From: an uncultured SAR86 cluster bacterium
GTDB lineage: Bacteria; Pseudomonadota; Gammaproteobacteria; Magnimaribacterales; D2472
Direction: 5' to 3'
DNA length: 60,762 bases
NCBI GenBank assembly: GCA_902517425.1
Contig: CABYCI010000003.1
Location: 1 to 60,762 of the forward strand
The notes beneath the pieces are model-generated. The model worked only from the letters and a program-made list of their open reading frames with translations. It made no database searches and had not been told where the DNA came from. This document shows, one piece after another, positions 39,312-49,847 of this stretch. Within the stretch, counting starts at the first letter, position 1, and each line of letters begins with the position of its first letter. Made by a program: the position numbers and the translations under genes.

Positions 39312-39881
39312 CTAATTTTTTATTACTGTTACTCTAGCTGGTCTTAAGACTCTAGAGTGAAGCTCCCATCCCCTTTGGAATATATTCCCGATAAAACCAT
39401 CTTTCTTGGATTTATCCTTTTCCATTGAAACTGCTTCATGTTTTTCTGGATTAAATTGTTCATTATCCGGATAGATGGGTACCATTCCGAATTTATCAAG
39501 TGTGGATTCAAAAGATTTTAAAGTTAACTCAATACCTTCCTTGTCTTCTTTTTTAGAATCTTTCGATAAATTAGTAAGTGCGCTTTCTAAATTATCAATT
39601 ATTGGCAAGAGTTCTGAGAGTAATTTTTCAACACCATATTTATGAGCCTTTTCTACTTCTGAAAGAGTTCTTTTAATTGCATTATCAAGATCTGCGTTAG
39701 ATCTTAAGAGTTGCTTTTCTAACTCTTCATGTTTATCAAATAGCTCTTCGTAGGAAGGATTTCCATTTGAGTCTGATTCTGATAAAGCTTCTGAAACTGT
39801 ATCATCACAATCTTCATTTAATACATTTTCAGGTGTTTTATCTTCAGTTTCATCAACAGTGTTCTTATCTTTTTTATTCAT
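39312..39881 (-). CDS. grpE: Nucleotide exchange factor GrpE
   Basis: [17 protein letters not shown] and RVLRPARV motifs; upstream of dnaK. Confidence 0.96.
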   Translation of the reverse strand: MNKKDKNTVDETEDKTPENVLNEDCDDTVSEALSESDSNGNPSYEELFDKHEELEKQLLRSNADLDNAIKRTLSEVEKAHKYGVEKLLSELLPIIDNLESALTNLSKDSKKEDKEGIELTLKSFESTLDKFGMVPIYPDNEQFNPEKHEAVSMEKDKSKKDGFIGNIFQRGWELHSRVLRPARVTVIKN

Positions 39882-39904
39882 AATTAAATCCCGCTACTAC
39901 TAAT

Positions 39905-39934
39905 ATATTGGGATTTAAAATGTCAGTTCAAGGG
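39905..39934 (-). promoter_or_regulatory. Sigma-32 (RpoH) promoter of grpE-dnaK-dnaJ
   Basis: Minus strand CCCTTGAA-N14-CCCAATAT matches the CTTGAA-N13/14-CCCCATNT consensus with one mismatch. Confidence 0.8.
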
Positions 39935-39951
39935 TAGAACTATATAATTAT

Positions 39952-40362
39952 TTATTTCTTTTTGACGTGTAAAACAAGATTATGATCAACTAATTGATAA
40001 CCAGATTCATCAACAATTTTATTTAATCTTTTCATTAGCTCATCATCCTTAAACTCGAGGACTTTTCCAGTTTCAACATCCACCATATGCTCATGTTGTT
40101 CTTCTATGACCTCATATACCGCATGACTACCTTCAAAATGATGTTTTTTGACCATTCCAGCAGATTCGAATTGAGTTAAAACTCTATAAACAGAAGCTAG
40201 GCCAATATTTTCACCTTTATTTAGAAGCTCTTTGTAAATGTCTTCAGCACTGAAATGAGCTTCCTCTTGTATAGCTGTAGATTCAAGAATTTCCATTATT
40301 TTAATTCTTGGTAAAGTCGCTTTTAAACCAGCTTTTTTTAATTCTGTGTTCTGTTTATTCAT
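39952..40362 (-). CDS. fur: Ferric uptake regulator family protein
   Basis: LKKAGLKATLPR, H.SAEDIY, GLASVYRVLTQFE and HEHMV; start at ATG 40362; divergent from bamE as in Pseudomonas and Xanthomonas. Confidence 0.93.
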   Translation of the reverse strand: MNKQNTELKKAGLKATLPRIKIMEILESTAIQEEAHFSAEDIYKELLNKGENIGLASVYRVLTQFESAGMVKKHHFEGSHAVYEVIEEQHEHMVDVETGKVLEFKDDELMKRLNKIVDESGYQLVDHNLVLHVKKK

Positions 40363-40384
40363 ATGGTATATAGTACATGTTTTT

Positions 40385-40403
40385 GATAATGATGCTAATG
40401 CTT
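40385..40403. promoter_or_regulatory. Candidate Fur box between fur and bamE
   Basis: GATAATGATGCTAATGCTT matches 13/19 of GATAATGATAATCATTATC and covers the putative fur -35 (TTAGCA-N17-TACTAT on the minus strand). Confidence 0.45.
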
Positions 40404-40443
40404 GGCGACATAAAATTTCTAACAAAGTATAATAATTTTATAT

Positions 40444-40794
40444 ATGAAAAATAATAATAAGTATCTCCAAGTTAAATCATTTGTTTCAGTTCTTGTTTTG
40501 ATTTTTTTTGTATCATGCTCATCATTAACACCATATAAGGTTCCTGTTCTTCAAGGAAATATTTTTGAAGAAGAAGATATTGAAAAATTAACAGAGGGTT
40601 TAACAAAAGACCAGGTACAGTTCATTTTTGGAACAGCTCTCGTTAAGGACCCTTTCCATCCAAACAGATGGGATTATTATTATTCAATCAAGGTTGGTAC
40701 TGAGTTACTTAGTGAAAGCAAATTATCTATTTCATTTACCGATGACCAGCTGGTTGACAGTTGGGTAATTGAAAAAATAGAAGACGTGAATTAA
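40444..40794 (+). CDS. bamE: Outer membrane assembly lipoprotein BamE
   Basis: Lipobox FVSC, QGN, GLTKDQV...GT and DPFHPNRWDY motifs. Confidence 0.94.
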   Translation: MKNNNKYLQVKSFVSVLVLIFFVSCSSLTPYKVPVLQGNIFEEEDIEKLTEGLTKDQVQFIFGTALVKDPFHPNRWDYYYSIKVGTELLSESKLSISFTDDQLVDSWVIEKIEDVN

Positions 40795-41225
40795 TTTTCT
40801 GTAAAAACTTCCAATCTGTTTATAAATGCTTCCATAGCTCCTTCAATAAACATATTAATAGCATGATCTGGTAACAAATTATCCAATAAAAAAGGAAGTT
40901 CAAACTCTGCATCAAATCTTATTTCAGTAAGATCTTTTTTTTTGTTATTTAAAGTCCACTCTCCATTAAAATATTCAAAGGGGCCTTCTATTTGTTGAAT
41001 TTCAATAGAGTTATCTTTCAAAATATTCTTTGATTTAATAGAATAATTCTTTAACATAAAATCAAATTTGAGCTCTCCAATCTCAAAATCATTACTTTTC
41101 TCTATTAGATCAGCTCTCGTGCATCCAGGAATGAAATTTACATAATTTTTAAAGTTAGCAATTTCTTTATATATTAAATCTTTCTCAACCGATATAAGCC
41201 TTGTGAGTGTGAAGTTTCTTCTCAC
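40791..41225 (-). CDS. ratA: RatA/Coq10 START-domain protein
   Basis: Y..FIPGC and GPFEYFNGEW motifs; position near smpB and bamE. Confidence 0.8.
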   Translation of the reverse strand: MRRNFTLTRLISVEKDLIYKEIANFKNYVNFIPGCTRADLIEKSNDFEIGELKFDFMLKNYSIKSKNILKDNSIEIQQIEGPFEYFNGEWTLNNKKKDLTEIRFDAEFELPFLLDNLLPDHAINMFIEGAMEAFINRLEVFTEN

Positions 41226-41226
41226 T

Positions 41227-42570
41227 TTATAGAACTTGGGATATAAATATTAATGCAACACTTGTTGGTGCAATAAATTTAATAAAGAATCTCCATAAGT
41301 TATATATAACAGGATTTACGTAACCAATTTCATTAATAATCAAATCTTTTTTTACAAACCAGCCGACAAAAATTGCAATCATCATTCCTCCTAATGGAAG
41401 TAATATCTGGTTAGCTATGAAATCCATAGAATCTAAGAAATTTCTATCTGGTGTCAGGTTAAAATCTGACAATACATTAAAACTTAAGGCCGTTCCTAGT
41501 CCAAGTAACCATGCAAAAAAGGAAATTGCAAAAGCGGAATTCTTTCGAGATAAATAACCTTCTTCTGACAAGTATGCAACACCTGGCTCCAATAAAGATA
41601 TTGACGAACTTAAGGCAGCAATGGATAAAAGAACAAAAAAGACAGGTCCAATGAGTTGGCCAAACTGCATTTGATTAAAAGCTGATAACATTGAAACAAA
41701 AACTAACCCTGGTCCGCTATTTGGCTCCAAATTAAAGGCAAATATTATTGGAAATATTGCTAAGCCTGCAAGCATTGCAACGAGTGTATCTAAAGATGCA
41801 ACAGTAAATGAAGTTGGAACTACTTTTTGATCTTTGGGCATATATGCTCCATATGCCATAATCGAACCCATCCCAAGGCTTAAACTAAAAAAGGCTTGAC
41901 CCATAGCGCTTAAGAATGTTTCTGACGTTACATTTGAAAAATCTGGAGCAAATAAAAAATTTAATGCCTTAACAAAAGCTCCGTTAAACATAGCATATGT
42001 AACCATAAATATTAAAAGGAATCCGAGCATCGGCATTAAGATTTTTACCATTCGGCCGATACCATTTTTAACTCCAGCAGAGACTATTAAAAAAGTAAGA
42101 AGCATAAAAACTGTATGCCAAAAAATAAGATTCAATGGTGATTCAATTACAGCACCAAATTGTTCTGAGGAACTAAGAATTTCGCTTGAAGTTGCTGAGA
42201 TAAAAATATAATTTAAACATATACCAGCAATGACACTATAAAAAGACAAAATTAAAATTCCTGCTGTTATTCCACTCCATCCGACAAGCTTCCATAGATG
42301 TGAGCTATTTGAGTCAATAGCAGTTTTTTTCATAGCATTAATTGGGCTATTGCCAGCTCTTCTCCCAATTATTATTTCACTTATCATTATCGGAACTCCA
42401 ATAATGATGATGCAAAGTAAATAAATTAGAACAAAAGCACCTCCACCGTTAGTTCCTGCTTTATACGGAAAGCCCCATATATTTCCTAAGCCTACAGCTG
42501 AACCTGTAGCTGCAAGAATAAAAGTCCATTTTCCTATCCAGGCACCGTGAGATTTGAGTTGTTTTTCCAT
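41227..42570 (-). CDS. Sodium-dependent transporter (NSS/SNF family)
   Basis: GSAVGLGNIW.FPY, GGGAF, GQAFFSLSLG and GPGLVF motifs. Confidence 0.95.
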   Translation of the reverse strand: MEKQLKSHGAWIGKWTFILAATGSAVGLGNIWGFPYKAGTNGGGAFVLIYLLCIIIIGVPIMISEIIIGRRAGNSPINAMKKTAIDSNSSHLWKLVGWSGITAGILILSFYSVIAGICLNYIFISATSSEILSSSEQFGAVIESPLNLIFWHTVFMLLTFLIVSAGVKNGIGRMVKILMPMLGFLLIFMVTYAMFNGAFVKALNFLFAPDFSNVTSETFLSAMGQAFFSLSLGMGSIMAYGAYMPKDQKVVPTSFTVASLDTLVAMLAGLAIFPIIFAFNLEPNSGPGLVFVSMLSAFNQMQFGQLIGPVFFVLLSIAALSSSISLLEPGVAYLSEEGYLSRKNSAFAISFFAWLLGLGTALSFNVLSDFNLTPDRNFLDSMDFIANQILLPLGGMMIAIFVGWFVKKDLIINEIGYVNPVIYNLWRFFIKFIAPTSVALIFISQVL

Positions 42571-42575
42571 TATAT

Positions 42576-43037
42576 CTATAAGTATGGGTTACTATACGGA
42601 TTAATCCAATAACCTATTGATATTAAAAAAGATATGCAGACAAGTAAAGTAAGAAGTTTTCTGAATTTCTGATAATCAATATCTTTTTTTGCAAAATCTT
42701 CTGTTGATTTTTCAAAAACATAAAAGCTGTAAAAACTTACTATTGAAACTAACAAAGAAACTAAAATCATTTTTAAGAAAGTGAGCAAAAGAATTGAACA
42801 TCCCAGCAAGCTAAACCCTATACCGATAGATAGATTTAATTTCTGATTTTTTTGATTGTCCCTCCAGCCCCAAGCAAATCCTCCTAAAAAGGTAATAATT
42901 ATTGAGCCATATGCCAATTGAAAAGTAATAAAAGTTTTACTAATCTCTCCTCCAATTATCCAGGGTAAGAGTGAAAAAGTTGCAAAAGGAAGGAAGCCTA
43001 TGTAACCGTATGTTGATTTGATATTAGTTATATTCAA
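42576..43037 (-). CDS. DUF3429-like membrane protein
   Basis: GYIGFLPF, YGSIIITFLGG..WG and Y..FR..LT patterns; hydrophobic helices. Confidence 0.75.
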   Translation of the reverse strand: MNITNIKSTYGYIGFLPFATFSLLPWIIGGEISKTFITFQLAYGSIIITFLGGFAWGWRDNQKNQKLNLSIGIGFSLLGCSILLLTFLKMILVSLLVSIVSFYSFYVFEKSTEDFAKKDIDYQKFRKLLTLLVCISFLISIGYWINPYSNPYL

Positions 43038-43088
43038 TTTTTTCTTCTAAAAATATTGCACTTAGTTTGTCAAAATACATAATAAAGC

Positions 43089-43580
43089 ATGCCAAAAGAT
43101 AAACCTGCATTAATTGTAAAGAATAAATCAGCATCAAGGAACTATGTTTTAGGTGATTCCTTTCAAGCAGGAATTGTTTTAGAGGGTTGGGAAGTAAAGT
43201 CTTTAAGAAATGGAAAAATAGATGTTAAAAATAGCTATGTTACTTTTAAGAAAGATGAGGCCTGGCTACTTGGAATAAAAATTGATCCTCCTGGGTCTCT
43301 TAAAGATTTTGATGTTGATCCTTTAAGAACAAGAAAGTTGCTCTTGAAAAAAAAAGAAATATCAGAACTACAGAAACTAAAAAATGAAAAAAAATTAACA
43401 ATAATTATGACTTCTATGTATTGGAAAGAAAATTATATTAAGTGTGATATTGCAACTGGTAAAGGAAAAAAAATGCGTGATCAAAGACAGGATATCAAAA
43501 AAAGAGATTGGGAAAGAGATCAGGGTAGAATTTTAAAGAATGCCAAAAATAATTCCCATCCTTCAAAAAAATTTAAGTAA
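43089..43580 (+). CDS. smpB: SsrA-binding protein
   Basis: AGIVLEGWEVKSLR, RTRKLLL, GKGKK and KKRDWER motifs; adjacent to tmRNA. Confidence 0.96.
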   Translation: MPKDKPALIVKNKSASRNYVLGDSFQAGIVLEGWEVKSLRNGKIDVKNSYVTFKKDEAWLLGIKIDPPGSLKDFDVDPLRTRKLLLKKKEISELQKLKNEKKLTIIMTSMYWKENYIKCDIATGKGKKMRDQRQDIKKRDWERDQGRILKNAKNNSHPSKKFK

Positions 43581-43603
43581 TACTGTATAATTCTGGTCCT
43601 TAT

Positions 43604-43951
43604 GGGGGCGAATAGGGTTCGACGTTTCTACTGGACTCCAAAGCGCATGCCAAGATTGTGGTAATTCTTGTAAAACGTACTACAAAAAATTTAGTTGCAA
43701 ATAACGACAACTACGCTTTAGCAGCTTAATGCTAACCGATGCCAGAATTGACTATGGTTTGAAGCATCGGCAAATAACATAGTCTAGCCAAGCTGTGTTG
43801 CTTGGACACAGTTTGGTTAAATTAATCAAGCTCGCTTTTACACCCTGCTCCTCGGGTCGTAAAAGTTAAAAAGCCAATTGGGTGAGCTAAGCATGTAGAA
43901 GTTAGGCTGAAGGATTAGCGGACGCGGGTTCAATTCCCGCCGCCTCCACCA
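43604..43951 (+). ncRNA. ssrA: tmRNA (one-piece), tag peptide (A)ANNDNYALAA
   Basis: 5' GGGGGCG pairs with 3' CGCCTCC-ACCA including a G3.U wobble; T-arm GCGGG-TTCAATT-CCCGC; resume codon GCA at 43697, stop ending at 43729; TATAAT at 43586-43591. Confidence 0.97.
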
Positions 43952-44050
43952 TTTTTTTTGAAATACCAATTGATGATAGTTATAGTAAATATGTATATAA
44001 TTCAAACTGATTTCTCAAAATTAACTTAAAAAATTGCCTAGGGGGCTTTT

Positions 44051-46312
44051 ATGAAACTTATATCAAGAATAATGTCAATTTCATTTTTGTTTTTCATTAC
44101 GTTGGATGTGGACTCACAAGAAAGTGAATCTAAAATTTCAAGTAGTGTTCTAATAGAAGAAGTTGTAGTTACTGCTAGAAAAAAAGAAGAATCAGCTCAA
44201 AGTGTGCCTGTTGCACTTACAGCTTTAAATCAAGAACAATTAGAAATCTTAAAGTTTAGAGACTTTAATGATTTATCCGTTGGTATGCCTAATGTTGCTA
44301 TGGATGACATTGGAACAACTAAAGGTACTCAGAATTTTAGTATCAGAGGAATTGGTATTAATTCATCAATTGCATCTGTCGAGCCTGCTGTTGCAGTAGT
44401 AGTAGACGGTGTATATATGGGTGTTAGTGCTGGAATGGTCTTTGATATGTTTGACTTAGAAAGTATTGAAGTTCTAAGAGGACCACAAGGAACATTATTT
44501 GGTAAAAACTCAACAGGTGGAGCAATACTTGTAAATACTGCTCTTCCAGGCGATGAAATAAAACAAAAAGCAAGAGTTGCCTTTGAGGGCGGAGGTCCAG
44601 GCGGCAATAACTCTATTGTGCAATATAGTTACTCAGGACCGGTTAGTGATACTTTAAAAGCAAAAATTAGTCTTCATAGAAGTGACGATGAAGGTTATTT
44701 TAAAAATTCATTTGATGGATCAAATCATGGTCAATTTGAACAAAATACAGTTAGATTAGCTTTTGTATATGAGCCAAGTGATAATTTTGATATGACGCTC
44801 AGAATTGAGAATAGTGATCAAGATGGAAGTGGTCCTGCAGCTCAATGCCATTTAGGAGCAAATGGAACTGGATGTCAGGCTGATGATGGAGCGGCTGTAC
44901 CAGCTCCAAATAGTACCTTTGACAGAAATTCATTGGACTTCAATATTGATAATCCAGGTTATCAAATTTCTGAAACAGACTTTATAACTGCAACATTAAA
45001 TTGGCATGGAGAAAATGGAACATGGACTAATGTTTTTGGCAAAAGAGAATACTCTCTCGAGGTTGATCTTGATGTTGATGCAAGATCGATTAGCTTCTTT
45101 GATGCACCAGGATCTTCTGCTATGGAGCAAATAAGCAATGAATTAAGATATTCTGGTTCATTAACAGATAACCTTGATATAACTGCTGGGCTATTTATGT
45201 TCGATGCTGATGTGATGGTATGGGACAATAGAGCATTAAGAGGTGCTCTATATGCAGCAGCTGGATCACCAGGTATATTTTTATGGCAATCCGGTGGCGG
45301 TCTTCATAACGTTGAACAAACAGCAATTTTTACAACATTAGATTATGCTGTTAATGATGATCTTTCTATAAATATTGGAGTTCGATTAACTGATGAAGAA
45401 AAAGAAATTCATTTAGCTTCTATTAATAGAAATGTCTCTGTTGGTCCTACTCCACCTTGTAGTGTGCCTGCTGGAACATGTGCATTTGATTATGTTGACA
45501 ATGATGCTTGGAAAACAACATCCCCAAAAATTGGTTTTACATACAATGCTGGTGAAAGCTCAATGATGTATGGTTATTGGACTAGGGTTTTTAAATCTGG
45601 TGGGTATAACCTCAGAAATAGTGTTGATTTAGCAACTTTTCCGGATGCATCACCAAAAGCAGATGATGAAACAGTTGAAACACTTGAGTTTGGTATGAAA
45701 ACAGACTTTGAAAAAGGTAGGTTAAATTGGGCTCTATTCAATACTATGGTAGATGATTCTCAAAGGATGACTAATATTCAAGATCCAGTTAGTGGTGTTG
45801 CACAGGTTGTAAAAAATGCAGGTGATATAGCTTACAGAGGTTTTGAAGTGGATGGAGTTTATTTAATTTCAGACGTTGTAACTATGGTTGCGTCAGTTGG
45901 TTATGTTCATTCAAAGTATGAAAACTTAATTTCTGATCTTAATGGTGACTTTATAATTAATGCATTAGATTATGCGCTTGAAATACCAAGAGCAGCTCCT
46001 CTTACATATAGTATTGGTTTTAATGTTGATGGGAATATAGGCTCGTGGCAGTCAATATCAAGATTTAGTTTTTATCACAGGGACAAGTCTTATTACAATG
46101 AAAATAACCAAGGATATATAAATGAACAGGATATCTTAAATCTTGGATATGATGTCTATTCTCCTGATGGAAAAATTAATATTGGGATATACGCTAAGAA
46201 TCTTAAGAATGAAGTAAAGCACGGTGGAGACACTAATTTAAGCTTTGGTGGAACTTTTGCGCCATTAGCAAAAGGTAAAATTGTTGGAGCTGAAGTAGTT
46301 TATAAATTCTAA
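44051..46312 (+). CDS. TonB-dependent receptor, substrate unknown
   Basis: Signal peptide, EEVVVTARK TonB-box region, IEVLRGPQGTLFGKN..GG plug motif, FKSGGYN and terminal Phe (VVYKF). Confidence 0.95.
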   Translation: MKLISRIMSISFLFFITLDVDSQESESKISSSVLIEEVVVTARKKEESAQSVPVALTALNQEQLEILKFRDFNDLSVGMPNVAMDDIGTTKGTQNFSIRGIGINSSIASVEPAVAVVVDGVYMGVSAGMVFDMFDLESIEVLRGPQGTLFGKNSTGGAILVNTALPGDEIKQKARVAFEGGGPGGNNSIVQYSYSGPVSDTLKAKISLHRSDDEGYFKNSFDGSNHGQFEQNTVRLAFVYEPSDNFDMTLRIENSDQDGSGPAAQCHLGANGTGCQADDGAAVPAPNSTFDRNSLDFNIDNPGYQISETDFITATLNWHGENGTWTNVFGKREYSLEVDLDVDARSISFFDAPGSSAMEQISNELRYSGSLTDNLDITAGLFMFDADVMVWDNRALRGALYAAAGSPGIFLWQSGGGLHNVEQTAIFTTLDYAVNDDLSINIGVRLTDEEKEIHLASINRNVSVGPTPPCSVPAGTCAFDYVDNDAWKTTSPKIGFTYNAGESSMMYGYWTRVFKSGGYNLRNSVDLATFPDASPKADDETVETLEFGMKTDFEKGRLNWALFNTMVDDSQRMTNIQDPVSGVAQVVKNAGDIAYRGFEVDGVYLISDVVTMVASVGYVHSKYENLISDLNGDFIINALDYALEIPRAAPLTYSIGFNVDGNIGSWQSISRFSFYHRDKSYYNENNQGYINEQDILNLGYDVYSPDGKINIGIYAKNLKNEVKHGGDTNLSFGGTFAPLAKGKIVGAEVVYKF

Positions 46313-46323
46313 AATAGCTATTT

Positions 46324-46360
46324 AAAACGGCAGCTATAGCCTTAGTTGCCGTTTTTTTTT
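46324..46360 (+). terminator. Intrinsic terminator after the TonB-dependent receptor
   Basis: AAAA-CGGCAGCTA-tagcct-TAGTTGCCG-T9. Confidence 0.85.
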
Positions 46361-46370
46361 ATAAAAACAA

Positions 46371-46399
46371 TAGACATAAGCCCATTAGCTAATTAAACT
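46371..46399 (+). promoter_or_regulatory. Sigma-70 promoter of rpsT
   Basis: TAGACA-N17-TAAACT. Confidence 0.6.
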
Positions 46400-46421
46400 A
46401 GCGACCTAAATTTAAATAAAT

Positions 46422-47713
<1,292 letters not shown>

Positions 47714-47971
47714 TTATTGAGGAATAACGTTTGCTGTTTTTCTTTTTTTAGGGCCTTTATATGAAAAATGAACCATGCCAGCTGCTTTTGCAAAAAGAGT
47801 ATCATCCTTACCGATTCCAACATTAATACCAGGATGGGTATTGGTTCCTCTTTGACGGATAAGAATCTCACCTGCTTTAACTATTTGGCCACCAAAACGT
47901 TTAACTCCAAGCCTCTTGGAATTAGAATCTCTTCCGTTCTTGCTTGATCCACCAGCTTTCTTATGTGCCAT
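47714..47971 (-). CDS. rpmA: 50S ribosomal protein L27
   Basis: [16 protein letters not shown] and RQRGT motifs. Confidence 0.98.
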   Translation of the reverse strand: MAHKKAGGSSKNGRDSNSKRLGVKRFGGQIVKAGEILIRQRGTNTHPGINVGIGKDDTLFAKAAGMVHFSYKGPKKRKTANVIPQ

Positions 47972-48291
47972 TATTTACTCTCTAATTTTATATTCTTAAT
48001 CTCAACCTGAGAATGTTTTGCTCTGTGGCCAGATTTTCTCATACTATGCTTTCTTCTTCTAAAGCGCAATATAGTAATTTTCTCTGACTTAACAGTATCT
48101 TTTATTTCTGCTGTTACTTTAACATTAGAAAGATAAGGTTGTCCTACCTCAACATTTTCGCCATCGACATACAACAAAACGTTGTCAAAAGTAATTTTTT
48201 TGCCCACATCTTCCTTGAGAAGGTCTACTGACAAAATCATACCTTTTTCAACTTTATGCTGTTTGCCACCTGTTTCTATAACTGCATACAT
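47971..48291 (-). CDS. rplU: 50S ribosomal protein L21
   Basis: [14 protein letters not shown] and RRRKH...GHR; start moved to ATG 48291. Confidence 0.97.
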   Translation of the reverse strand: MYAVIETGGKQHKVEKGMILSVDLLKEDVGKKITFDNVLLYVDGENVEVGQPYLSNVKVTAEIKDTVKSEKITILRFRRRKHSMRKSGHRAKHSQVEIKNIKLESK

Positions 48292-48315
48292 AATATAATC
48301 CTTAAAAGCCCGCAA

Positions 48316-48344
48316 AATATACGCTTTAATGAAGAATTTATCAA
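48316..48344 (-). promoter_or_regulatory. Sigma-70 promoter of rplU-rpmA-obgE
   Basis: TTGATA-N17-TATATT followed by GC-rich TTGCGGGC (discriminator-like). Confidence 0.6.
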
Positions 48345-48381
48345 TACTTAGGTTACATTTTGATTAATTAAATACAGCCAT

Positions 48382-49326
48382 ATGAATAGAAACAAAAAAC
48401 TTGCTAAAGATATAAAACTTGTTGAAATGTTCATAAAGAAAGATATTAGTAAAGAAAAAACAATATCTGGACTTTATCAATATATTTTTAAATCTAATGG
48501 AAAGAAGATTAGAGCAAGACTGAATCTTATAGCATCATCAAAAAATATAAATAAAAATAGAATAAAGCTAGCTTCTGTAATTGAATTATTGCATACCGCA
48601 ACCTTAATTCATGATGATGTTGTTGATGACTCTGCAGTTCGAAGAGGAAGTAAATCTGTAAATAAGTTATGGACTAATTCTCATGGAGTCTTGATTGGTG
48701 ATTATATTTATTCAAAAGCTTTTATGTATATGGTTGATATAGGTAACAATAAAATACTTAATGAGCTTGCTAATGCGACTAATGATATTTCTCAAGGTGA
48801 GTTAATACAATTAGATGCTATTCAAAATTTAAATATCACACTTCAAAAGCTAAAAAAAATTAGTTACTACAAAACTGGAAGGCTTTTTGAAGCAGCGGCT
48901 AAAACAGGAGCAATAAATTCAAATGCTAATCAAGCATTCATATCCAACATTAGTGAGTGTGCAAAAAATCTTGGCATACTATTTCAAATTAAAGATGACA
49001 TGCTTGACTACTCCAATAATAAAAAAATAGGTAAGCCGGTTTTTCAAGACATTAATGAAGGTAAGGTTACATATCCTTTCTTTTATGCTTATAAAAAAGC
49101 AAATACCAAGGAAAGAAAAATTCTAAAAGAGCTTCTTTGTTCTTCAAAAAAAGTTAAGAGCATAGATATAGAGCTTATTAAAGATTTGGGTGGATTAAAG
49201 AAAGCAAAGCAATTAGCTAATCAATATTATAAAAAGTCTATTGAGTGTGCAATGAAAATAAAGAACTTAGATATCAGGGAAGAAATGATAGAATTATCCA
49301 ATAATGCTCTTAATAGGGAAAAATGA
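48382..49326 (+). CDS. ispB: Polyprenyl (octaprenyl-type) diphosphate synthase
   Basis: GKKIR, HDDVVD...RRG, KTG and FQIKDDMLD motifs; divergent from rplU. Confidence 0.9.
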   Translation: MNRNKKLAKDIKLVEMFIKKDISKEKTISGLYQYIFKSNGKKIRARLNLIASSKNINKNRIKLASVIELLHTATLIHDDVVDDSAVRRGSKSVNKLWTNSHGVLIGDYIYSKAFMYMVDIGNNKILNELANATNDISQGELIQLDAIQNLNITLQKLKKISYYKTGRLFEAAAKTGAINSNANQAFISNISECAKNLGILFQIKDDMLDYSNNKKIGKPVFQDINEGKVTYPFFYAYKKANTKERKILKELLCSSKKVKSIDIELIKDLGGLKKAKQLANQYYKKSIECAMKIKNLDIREEMIELSNNALNREK

Positions 49327-49847
49327 GTTTTAGTCAGAAAAGTCATTACACAAAAGATGAGCTTGTTGCATGTTCTAATGGCGAGCTATTCACGAATGAT
49401 GGTGATGGAAGATTGCCATCAGATCAAATGCTAATGTTTGATGAGATTATTAACATAAATGACCATTCTGGGAATTATGATAATGGCTCAATTGAAGCAA
49501 CTCTTGATATAAATCCTAATTTATGGTTTTTTGATTGTCACTTCAAAGAAGATCCTGTTATGCCGGGCTGTCTAGGCTTAGATGCAATGTGGCAACTTTT
49601 GGGTTTTTATCTATTATGGACAGGTCTCCCTGGTATTGGAAGAGCGCTTGGCGCAGACAATATTAAATTCTTTGGTCAAGTTCTTCCAAGTGCTAAAAAA
49701 GTTACATATAGATTAGATATTAAGAGAGTAATAAATAGAGGTGCTATAGTTGGTCTTGCTGATGGTGAGATGTATGTTGATGATAAAAAAATCTATACTG
49801 CTGAAAAACTAAAGGTTGGATTATTTAAGGATCCAAGTAATTTTTAA
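49323..49847 (+). CDS. fabA: 3-hydroxydecanoyl-ACP dehydratase/isomerase
   Basis: [23 protein letters not shown] and GRALG motifs. Confidence 0.96.
   Translation: MSFSQKSHYTKDELVACSNGELFTNDGDGRLPSDQMLMFDEIININDHSGNYDNGSIEATLDINPNLWFFDCHFKEDPVMPGCLGLDAMWQLLGFYLLWTGLPGIGRALGADNIKFFGQVLPSAKKVTYRLDIKRVINRGAIVGLADGEMYVDDKKIYTAEKLKVGLFKDPSNF

Noticed and set aside
40363-40425. N-terminal extensions called by the ORF track for fur (and similarly glnD, lptF, lptG, rplU)
   Set aside because: They run through promoter regions or neighbouring genes, and family homology begins at or after the downstream ATG.
43972-43990. Fur box upstream of the TonB-dependent receptor (GATGATAGTTATAGTAAAT)
   Set aside because: Only about 10/19 matches in very AT-rich DNA; not distinguishable from background.
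43952-46420. Prophage or integrative element at ssrA
   Set aside because: No integrase, phage genes or att-like duplication of the tmRNA 3' end were seen.
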